A stretch of 32,000 nucleotides of DNA from Candidatus Korarchaeum cryptofilum OPF8 (GTDB taxonomy: Archaea > Korarchaeota > Korarchaeia > Korarchaeales > Korarchaeaceae), in contig NC_010482.1 in assembly GCF_000019605.1 (NCBI RefSeq), positions 990,001 through 1,022,000 of the forward strand, given 5' to 3'. Of this stretch, positions 25,258-32,000 are shown piece by piece (the first letter of the stretch is position 1; each line of letters begins with the position of its first letter). A program made the translations under genes and the position numbers. The notes under the pieces were generated by a model. The model was not told the origin of the DNA. It searched no databases and worked only from the letters and a program-made list of their open reading frames with translations.

Positions 25258-26265
25258 GTGACTTCGATGGAAAAAGTTAAGGGAGTGATAATAGTCTCTC
25301 TCGCCCTTATGACGCTCCTGGCTCCTCTGATCTTGGCTGATGCAGATATCCTATCCGATAAGCCCTACTATATCACTACTGAGCTCAGAGTTTTCTTCCA
25401 AACGGAATCAAAAGCGACGCTCATCCTCAATTACAGCTGGTACGGGATGATGGCAAATGATATCGAGAATTTACTCTCAAAATACCCAGGAGGGGAGGAA
25501 AACTACACGAAAGGTTTCATCGATTATGTGAAGAATAACGTGAATGGCCCATTCATAGCAGGGGACTTCGAATTCTACCCCACTAAGATGGAAGCTAAGA
25601 TATCGAGGGAAAAAGAGGGGAATTATACGAAGAGAGTGAGTTTAACGCTCACAGTGGAGCTAGAGGCTAGGAAAGGGGCTCCCAAGATAAGCCAAGGGAG
25701 GAAGGGTATCATCTATTCCACTAGGGAGGATATGTGCAATTTATCGAAGATATATGTGAAGGAGGTAGATCTCCTGAACGTATCGGTGGTCCTTCCCAAG
25801 GATTACGTGATAAGCGTAGTTAGACCCACACCTAACTCAGTATACACAGTCAACTCGAGCGATGGCATGAGGGTAGTGGCTTCCTGGATCATAAGGAATC
25901 CATTAGTTGACACTAGGGGGACAACAGGGTACAGCGGTTGGTTCTTCATAGGAGCTGTGAATCTGACGAAGGATGAAGTTGAGAAGTTAAACTCCTTGAG
26001 GAGGAGCATATCGGACCTGAGGAAGCAAGCCTTAATTCCTCTAGATGAGAGTGGAAAAGCTAAAGCTAGGGAACTCTTCGACTTATTTTACTGGTACTCC
26101 ACTAGAGCCCCGTATTCCCTGAACAGGAGCCTGGACTATGCATTGAGCCTAGCTAATGGGATACCTAAGCTACCGGTCAGTTTAGATACTATCGTCCTGA
26201 TAATATCCGCTCTAATCGTGATCGCCGAGATAGTCTTTTATTTTGTGAGAACTAGGAGGGGGTAA
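25258..26265 (+). CDS. Predicted type-I surface (glyco)protein: N-terminal signal/TM, C-terminal TM anchor, 8 N-x-S/T sequons
   Basis: N-terminal VIIVSLALMTLLAPLILA and C-terminal IVLIISALIVIAEIVFYFV followed by RTRRG. Sequons: NYS, NYT (x2), NLS, NVS, NSS, NLT, NRS. The start could be the GTG at 25258 or the ATG at 25267. Confidence 0.6.
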   Translation: MTSMEKVKGVIIVSLALMTLLAPLILADADILSDKPYYITTELRVFFQTESKATLILNYSWYGMMANDIENLLSKYPGGEENYTKGFIDYVKNNVNGPFIAGDFEFYPTKMEAKISREKEGNYTKRVSLTLTVELEARKGAPKISQGRKGIIYSTREDMCNLSKIYVKEVDLLNVSVVLPKDYVISVVRPTPNSVYTVNSSDGMRVVASWIIRNPLVDTRGTTGYSGWFFIGAVNLTKDEVEKLNSLRRSISDLRKQALIPLDESGKAKARELFDLFYWYSTRAPYSLNRSLDYALSLANGIPKLPVSLDTIVLIISALIVIAEIVFYFVRTRRG

Positions 26266-26302
26266 TACTTTCGCATACCCCTCCCCTGTCATGTAGTGCC
26301 GA

Positions 26303-26320
26303 AATGAAATTAATTTCATT
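26303..26320. promoter_or_regulatory. Perfect 18-bp palindrome AATGAAATT|AATTTCATT upstream of orc1/cdc6
   Basis: Read directly from the sequence. It lies 19 nt before the orc1/cdc6 start and 38 nt after the stop of the 25258 gene. Confidence 0.5.
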
Positions 26321-26338
26321 AAGGCCCTTAGCCTGGGT

Positions 26339-27487
26339 GTGACCATACCTATAGTGAGGGATCCCAGGTTCTTCTCCGACTCATATACCCCGAGCAAGCT
26401 GCCTCATAGGGAGAAAGAGGTTGAGATTCTCTATAATACTCTATCATCAGGATATGAGCTAAATGAAGGCCTCGCTCTACTGAAAGGGGAGCCAGGGATA
26501 GGTAAAACATCAGTAGCAAAGCTATCGGCTAGCAAGCTCTCAAATCTAGGTATTGGAACGGTCCATATAAATTGCAGGACTTATCGCTCCCCTTCTTCCG
26601 CCCTTCAAAAGATAATAGCTTCTATAATCCCTGGAGTTCCCGAGAGGGGGCTCAGCTATGAGGAAATGGTCCTGATGCTGGAGAAGATAATGAGCAGAGA
26701 GGGAAAGCCTCTCCTCATAATATTGGATGAGATAGAGTACTTGAGGGAGGGGGAGACCCTAGTATACACGCTTTTGAGGCTTCATGAGGGCGGAGCGACT
26801 AAGAGCCCAACTTTAGTTGCTGTAGCGAGGTGGGATCCTCCATACACATTGGATGATTCCATCAAGAGCTTCATGATACTCAAGCTAACTTTAGAAAAGT
26901 ATAACGCTTCGCAGTTATACGATATACTAGATTATAGGGCTTCTGAGGCATTGTATGATGGAAGCTATGACTCCAATACGATAGAGAAGGTAGTTGAGCT
27001 TTCTAAGCACACTGGGAACGCTAGGATAGCTTTGAAAATACTCTTCTCCGCTGCGAGGCTCGCTGAAGAGAGGGGCATGAGCTTGATAACCCCGGATTTG
27101 GTTAGCGAGGCGGCAGCGAGGATAGGCGTAGTTGGGATAACCGAGGACTCCCTGATGCCGCTGGATACTCACGATAAGTTACTACTCTTAGCTGCCGCTA
27201 GAAGGTTAGCGATGACCAGTAGGGGATGGATAAAGATGGGAGACCTCTTGGAGGAATATAAGCTCATATGCGAGGAGCTAGGCGTTATCCCCTACAAATA
27301 TACTGCGGTGTGGAAGAGAGTGAGGGAGTTGAGGAACATGGGGTTCATGGAGGCGAAGCGTAGCGGTGAAGGAATGAAGGGACAGTCTACGCTAATTTCG
27401 TTGGGCTCGATTCCAGCGGAGAGGCTGGCGGAGAAGCTCAAGGAGATTTTGAGAGAGGATTTAAGCCCCCTTCCCTCCAGCTTCTAA
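26339..27487 (+). CDS. cdc6: Orc1/Cdc6 replication initiator
   Basis: N-terminal YTPSKLPHREKEVEIL, Walker A LKGEPGIGKTS, Walker B LLIILDEIEYL, sensor-2 GNARIAL, and a C-terminal winged helix. GTG start. Confidence 0.9.
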   Translation: MTIPIVRDPRFFSDSYTPSKLPHREKEVEILYNTLSSGYELNEGLALLKGEPGIGKTSVAKLSASKLSNLGIGTVHINCRTYRSPSSALQKIIASIIPGVPERGLSYEEMVLMLEKIMSREGKPLLIILDEIEYLREGETLVYTLLRLHEGGATKSPTLVAVARWDPPYTLDDSIKSFMILKLTLEKYNASQLYDILDYRASEALYDGSYDSNTIEKVVELSKHTGNARIALKILFSAARLAEERGMSLITPDLVSEAAARIGVVGITEDSLMPLDTHDKLLLLAAARRLAMTSRGWIKMGDLLEEYKLICEELGVIPYKYTAVWKRVRELRNMGFMEAKRSGEGMKGQSTLISLGSIPAERLAEKLKEILREDLSPLPSSF

Positions 27488-28720
27488 TTTATACACTTCC
27501 TCGATATCTGAGAGTATTTCCCTCATATCGCTTTCCCTAATCCCCAGCTCCCTCCCAAGTTGTCTTATGAGCTTTCCTCCAGCTTTAGCATCCGCTATGA
27601 GGAGGGGTATCAATTCCATCCTCACGACAGCTGTGGATACGTGAATTCTCTTAGCTATCTTCTCCAAGAACTCCTTCGTCTTAGATCTCAATTCCTTCGT
27701 CGCTGATAGCTGCTTTATCAGGGACGGGGGCCTGAGCTTTTCGCCTTCCGGCCTCCCCTCCTTAGCCGCGCAAACCCCGAAGGTCATAAATTGAGTGTAA
27801 TAAGCTAGGAACCTCCAATTGTTGGTCCTTATTATCCTCCCTCTCATTATATCGGCGAGCGAGAGCATCTCATAAGCTTTGGCTAATGATCTCCCGCTGT
27901 AAACGTGGGCTACGTTCTCCTCGACCCACCTGAAGAGCATATCGGGATCCATATCTAGATTGAGGGAGGAGAGGTAAGCTGGGTAGCAGTTCTCACCATA
28001 GAATATGGAGCTGAGAACCTTGAAGACATCCGTCTCTATATCTCTCTTCCCATACTTCTCCCCAATATATTTGAGGAGCTCAGCAGATCCTTTGACGAGC
28101 CCCTCAAGATCGTTTATAGCAGCTCTGAGATCCCCTTGGCAGGATTTAGCTATCTTATTCAGGACTTCTTCTGGAACGCTCAGTCCCTCCTTCCTGCATA
28201 TATCCTTCAGGACGCTAACTACACTCTGCCATCTGACCCTGGAGAACTTCACCATCATCGAGAGATTCCTTATCTCATATAGATGCCTCTCATAGGGGTC
28301 ATTCGCTGTCATGACGATAGGAATTCCCTTGGATATAAGCTCTTTGACCAAAGAAGCTATTGCATGTCCCTCTCCGGGGAGGGCATCTATCTCATCCAGT
28401 ATTATGAGTCTCCTCTTGCCGCTCAGCAAGCTCACAGCACCGGAGCTCTCGACTATATACTGCAGGTGAGTTCTATCCCTCAGATCGCTCGCATTTACCT
28501 CTATGGCATCGTAATTGAGCTCATTTGCGATAGCGTGCGCTGCTGATGTCTTCCCGGTCCCGGGAGGTCCCACTATCAGGAGAGGCTTTACCTTTTTTCC
28601 CTCTTTCACATCCTTAATCCAGTTCCTTATCTCATCTATAGCTTCCTTCTGCCCCTTTATCTCATCTAGAGTCTTGGGTCTATGTTTCTCTACCCACGGC
28701 ACCTCTCTCATGGGATTCAC
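27461..28720 (-). CDS. rfcL: Replication factor C large subunit
   Basis: VPWVEKHRPKTLDEIKGQKEAI, IVGPPGTGKTSAAHAIA, LIILDEIDAL. It lies immediately downstream of rfcS with a 41-nt overlap. Confidence 0.9.
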   Translation of the reverse strand: MNPMREVPWVEKHRPKTLDEIKGQKEAIDEIRNWIKDVKEGKKVKPLLIVGPPGTGKTSAAHAIANELNYDAIEVNASDLRDRTHLQYIVESSGAVSLLSGKRRLIILDEIDALPGEGHAIASLVKELISKGIPIVMTANDPYERHLYEIRNLSMMVKFSRVRWQSVVSVLKDICRKEGLSVPEEVLNKIAKSCQGDLRAAINDLEGLVKGSAELLKYIGEKYGKRDIETDVFKVLSSIFYGENCYPAYLSSLNLDMDPDMLFRWVEENVAHVYSGRSLAKAYEMLSLADIMRGRIIRTNNWRFLAYYTQFMTFGVCAAKEGRPEGEKLRPPSLIKQLSATKELRSKTKEFLEKIAKRIHVSTAVVRMELIPLLIADAKAGGKLIRQLGRELGIRESDMREILSDIEEVYKLEAGGKGA

Positions 28721-29675
28721 CGACCTCCACTAGTTTAGCGAGCATAGCAGCCAGCTGGACATCTCCATGGGCCCCCTCAGTGACTCTGAAGTCCACCTCA
28801 CTCAGGAATATCATGAGCATGGCTTTCTCCTTATCCGATAGCGATTTGCTCGCCATTATCTCCCTATTGAGCTGCCTTATGACGTCCTGCGCTGACATTC
28901 CGTAGTTTATCATCAAGTTCCTCAGGGCCTCCCTAGCGGATAGGAACTTCCCCTTCAGGGCTGAGTTTATCATCGCCCTAACTTCCTCTGGATGCGCTAA
29001 ACCCGCCACTCTGTAGACGACCTTGGAATCGACCGTACTCGCCATAGCCGATGCTGTTTGAAGCAGGTTTATTGCCTTCCTCAAGTCCCCTTCCGCAACA
29101 TATATTATCGCTGATATCCCATCTTCAGTGTACTTGAGCCCCTCCCTCTCGGCTATCATTATCAACCTGTTCTTTATGGCTTCCTCGGGTATCGGCCCGA
29201 ACCTGAAAACAGCGCATCTCGACTGTATTGGTTCTATTATCTTCGAGGAATAGTTGCAGGCGAATATGAATCTTGTGGTAGCTGAGTACATCTCCATTAT
29301 TCTTCTCAGGGCCTGCTGGGCATCGGCAGTTAAGTTATCCGCTTCATCTAAGTGTATTATCTTGAATGGAACTTCTCCGAATGGAGCTGTCTTAGCGAAG
29401 TCTTTTATCTTAGTCCTTATTGTATCTATCCCCCTCTCATCACTCGCATTGAGCTCCAAATAGTTAGCGGCTACGAGCTCCTCAGATTTATATAGATCGT
29501 TGGCAAGCGCTAAGGCAGTTGTCGTCTTTCCAGTGCCGGCTGGACCAGCGAAAAGTAAATGAGGCATTGATCTCTTCTCAACAAATCCCTTAAGGGCTCT
29601 TATAATATCATCCTGCCCGACAACATCATCCAATGTTTTCGGCCTGTACTTCTCCACCCACAGCTCGAAGGTCAT
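28680..29675 (-). CDS. rfcS: Replication factor C small subunit
   Basis: WVEKYRPKTLDDVVGQ, FAGPAGTGKTTTALALA, IIHLDEADNLT, and the SRC motif IQSRCAVFRF. No intein. Confidence 0.95.
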   Translation of the reverse strand: MTFELWVEKYRPKTLDDVVGQDDIIRALKGFVEKRSMPHLLFAGPAGTGKTTTALALANDLYKSEELVAANYLELNASDERGIDTIRTKIKDFAKTAPFGEVPFKIIHLDEADNLTADAQQALRRIMEMYSATTRFIFACNYSSKIIEPIQSRCAVFRFGPIPEEAIKNRLIMIAEREGLKYTEDGISAIIYVAEGDLRKAINLLQTASAMASTVDSKVVYRVAGLAHPEEVRAMINSALKGKFLSAREALRNLMINYGMSAQDVIRQLNREIMASKSLSDKEKAMLMIFLSEVDFRVTEGAHGDVQLAAMLAKLVEVGESHERGAVGRET

Positions 29676-29738
29676 GGTCCCCTCATGATCGATGCATGAT
29701 AATTTAATAACTCAGTCTAGCCCAAGCGCTCGGTGGGT

Positions 29739-29942
29739 ATGTTCCCGATAAGATGCTTCACATGCGGTAGCGTGATAGGGGACAAGTGGGAGGAGTTCTC
29801 CCGGAGGGTTATGGCTGGAGAGGATCCAGGAGAGGTGCTCGATTCCATGAATATAAAAAGATATTGCTGCAGGAGGATGTTCCTCTCCCATATAGAGCTC
29901 TCAGATCTGGAGCTCTCCTTCTCGCCCCTGATGGAGAGGTGA
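29739..29942 (+). CDS. rpoN: DNA-directed RNA polymerase subunit N (Rpo10)
   Basis: [20 protein letters not shown]...[16 protein letters not shown] is the canonical RpoN zinc-bundle sequence. The ATG at 29739 is preferred over the GTG at 29733. Confidence 0.95.
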   Translation: MFPIRCFTCGSVIGDKWEEFSRRVMAGEDPGEVLDSMNIKRYCCRRMFLSHIELSDLELSFSPLMER

Positions 29943-29946
29943 TCCC

Positions 29947-30600
29947 ATGGGATATGATGATACTAGCTTAGCCAATGTTCCTCCAGTCGAGGATAAGGAT
30001 CTCCTCATACCTAGGCAGAAGTACCTCCTTTCGGGAGTGCACGTGGGGACTGGGATAAGGACTAAGGACATGGAGAAGTTCATATACAGGGTCAGGCCCG
30101 ATGGCCTCTGCATAATAGATATAAGGAAGATAGATGAGAGGATAAGGACCGCTGGCAAGTTCCTAGCGAGATTCGATCCGGATAGGGTTCTAGCAGTTTC
30201 CGCTAGGATATATGGGTTCAAGCCCGTCAGGAAGTTCGCGGAGTACACTGGTGCTATGTACATAACTGGGAGGATACTTCCTGGTACCTTGACGAACCCT
30301 CAAGCTCCTCTCCACCTCGAGCCCGACGTAGTGCTCCTCTCAGATCCGAGGGTGGACAGGCAGATACACATAGAGTCCGTTAGGATGGGCATCCCCGTCG
30401 TGGCTCTAGTGGATGCCGATAACATGCTCGAGAACATAGATCTAGCTATCCCAGTTAACAATAAGGGGAGGAGGTCGCTAGCTCTCGTCTACTGGCTCCT
30501 GACGAGGGAAGTCCTCAGGAACAGGAAAGTGATACCGCCTGATGGAGACCTCCCTGAGGGCTATGAGGAGTTCGCCACTAGGATAATGGGAGTAAGATGA
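29947..30600 (+). CDS. rps2: 30S ribosomal protein S2 (uS2)
   Basis: [40 protein letters not shown]..., [10 protein letters not shown]. It is preceded by the SD GAGGTGATCC, which overlaps the rpoN stop. Confidence 0.95.
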   Translation: MGYDDTSLANVPPVEDKDLLIPRQKYLLSGVHVGTGIRTKDMEKFIYRVRPDGLCIIDIRKIDERIRTAGKFLARFDPDRVLAVSARIYGFKPVRKFAEYTGAMYITGRILPGTLTNPQAPLHLEPDVVLLSDPRVDRQIHIESVRMGIPVVALVDADNMLENIDLAIPVNNKGRRSLALVYWLLTREVLRNRKVIPPDGDLPEGYEEFATRIMGVR

Positions 30601-31454
30601 AGTTGGGGTTGAGGAAACCTGCCGTAGCTGGCTCCTTTTATCCATCGAGGAGCGATGATCTACTCAAGCTCCTCGACTCCCTCTTCAGGGGAGCGGGATC
30701 CGGAGGGATACCATCACCTAACCCGGCTGGGGAGAGGAGAATAGCCTCCATGATGGTTCCTCACGCGGGCTACATTTACTCTGGAAAAACTGCTGCTTCA
30801 GCATATTCAATATTAGCCCAAGATGGCATCCCAGAGACTTTCGTCATAATAGGACCCAATCACACAGGACTGGGGTCTGCTTTCTCAGCTACGAAATCCA
30901 AGTTCTGGGAGACGCCCCTGGGGAGGGTGGAAGTGGATTTGGAGCTAGCTGAAGCTATCTCGAGATACTTCGGGGATCTTGATTTCGATGATCTAGCCCA
31001 TACATGGGAGCACTCCATCGAAGTTCAAGTTCCATTCCTCCAATCCATATACGGAGCTTCCCTCAAGATACTCCCGATAGTGATGGCGATACAGGAACCC
31101 GAGCCCTCAATAGATCTAGGAAAATCCATAGCGCTCGCCTCAGAGAAGCTGGGGAGGGATGTATTAGTCATAGCCTCCTCAGATATGTCCCACTACCTGC
31201 CCGAGGGAGAGGCCATCAGGAGGGATAGAGCTGCAATAGATGCGATTCTCAACATGGATGTGCACTCTCTCTTCAGGATAATTCAGGAGTTAGACGTGAG
31301 TATGTGCGGGCCGGGTCCAGTCTCAGTAGCTATATCTTTCGCGAAGCTCAAGGGTGTATCTAAAGGCGAGTTAGTGAGGTATTCCACGAGCGCTGAGACG
31401 AGCGGTGATAAGTCCTTCGTAGTGGGCTATGCCTCCGTGGTGTTCAGGTTATGA
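30597..31454 (+). CDS. MEMO1-family protein (UPF0103 / AmmeMemoRadiSam system protein B family)
   Basis: [34 protein letters not shown]. It has ATGA overlaps with both neighbours. Confidence 0.85.
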   Translation: MKLGLRKPAVAGSFYPSRSDDLLKLLDSLFRGAGSGGIPSPNPAGERRIASMMVPHAGYIYSGKTAASAYSILAQDGIPETFVIIGPNHTGLGSAFSATKSKFWETPLGRVEVDLELAEAISRYFGDLDFDDLAHTWEHSIEVQVPFLQSIYGASLKILPIVMAIQEPEPSIDLGKSIALASEKLGRDVLVIASSDMSHYLPEGEAIRRDRAAIDAILNMDVHSLFRIIQELDVSMCGPGPVSVAISFAKLKGVSKGELVRYSTSAETSGDKSFVVGYASVVFRL

Positions 31455-32000
31455 GGGAGGATCTAACTAACAGGAGGAAGGTCGAGCATATAGAGATAGC
31501 GCTAAGCGATGATATTGATCTGAGCAATAATTGCAGGTGGTTCGATTTCGTGAGGCTGATACATAATGCACTGCCTGATTCCTCTTTCGAGGAGACCCAA
31601 CTCAACTGGAGCTTCTTGGGTTACGAGCTCGAGGCTCCCCTCCTGATAGAGGGGATGACGGGGGGGCACGAGGCATCTCTGAAGATAAATGAAGCACTGG
31701 CCAGAGCTGCTCAATCCGAGAGAGTAGCCATAGGGGTTGGGAGTCAGAGGGCAGCTTTGAAAGATTATTCCGTAGTCGGGACTTATAGGGTAGTGAGAGA
31801 AATAGCTCGGGATGTCCCTGTAATCGCCAACTTGGGCATCTCCCACATCTTAGGGGAGGAGGGTGTCGATAACGCCAAAGCAGCGGTCGACATGATAGAT
31901 GCGGATGCTATAGCCATACACCTCAACCCCCTCCAGGAACTCATACAACCGGAAGGGGATAGGAACTTCTCCGATTCCCTGATTTCCCTCAGGGATCTAG
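31451..32000 (+). CDS. fni: Isopentenyl-diphosphate delta-isomerase, type 2 (FMN-dependent); 5' part, continues beyond the window
   Basis: Manual translation: [18 protein letters not shown]...APLLIEGMTGG...AIGVGSQRAAL...IAIHLNPLQE, which matches IDI-2 motifs. The track only lists a spurious antisense ORF here. Confidence 0.9.
   Translation, partial: MREDLTNRRKVEHIEIALSDDIDLSNNCRWFDFVRLIHNALPDSSFEETQLNWSFLGYELEAPLLIEGMTGGHEASLKINEALARAAQSERVAIGVGSQRAALKDYSVVGTYRVVREIARDVPVIANLGISHILGEEGVDNAKAAVDMIDADAIAIHLNPLQELIQPEGDRNFSDSLISLRDL

Noticed and set aside
31502-31846. 114-aa minus-strand ORF
   Set aside because: It is antisense to an unambiguous type-2 IPP isomerase reading frame (MTGG, GSQR motifs).
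1-32000. CRISPR arrays, rRNA genes, transposases/IS elements, inteins in RFC or Orc1
   Set aside because: I saw no regularly spaced direct repeats. No rRNA-like GC-rich structured stretch exceeds tRNA size. I saw no DDE or serine/tyrosine recombinase motifs. The RFC and Orc1 proteins are of uninterrupted normal length.

Overview
The window is an archaeal chromosomal segment of about 50% GC. It is densely packed with genes, and many neighbours overlap by 4 nt (ATGA), which suggests translational coupling. The gene content is archaeal: Orc1/Cdc6, both RFC subunits, RNA polymerase subunits Rpo10/N and Rpo8/G, a TFB-like protein, Taw1, CTP-type riboflavin kinase, type-2 IPP isomerase and archaeal-type PyrH. 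Rpo8 points to a TACK-type lineage, possibly Korarchaeota, but that is inference only.

Most of the window is housekeeping:
- nadE (5' part; it is missing from the ORF track because it runs off the window)
- an HD hydrolase
- a Cys/Met PLP enzyme with a divergent HTH-CBS regulator
- a LutA/LutB-like pair plus a degenerate LutB paralog
- a JAMM protease
- glyA, thrC-thrB and a radical SAM/SPASM enzyme
- three tRNAs: Val-CAC, Glu-CUC and Val-GAC
- ribK/RbkR, translin, taw1, pyrH and a Fap7-like kinase
- orc1/cdc6, rfcL-rfcS and rpoN-rps2-memo-fni

The least ordinary stretch is about 19.5-26.3 kb. It contains:
- a 120-bp island of about 89% AT
- rpo8
- an operon of a zinc-ribbon-less TFB-core paralog, an untracked 44-aa coiled-coil micro-ORF and a membrane-anchored HerA/VirB4-type ATPase
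- a 445-nt non-coding gap with hairpins and RNase-P-like motifs
- a divergent Orc1-like AAA+/wHTH ATPase paired with a predicted surface glycoprotein

I saw no rRNA, CRISPR array, transposase or integrase. Start codons that differ from the ORF track are my own refinements, based on ATGA overlaps, SD-like motifs, TATA spacing and tRNA overlap; they are inferences.
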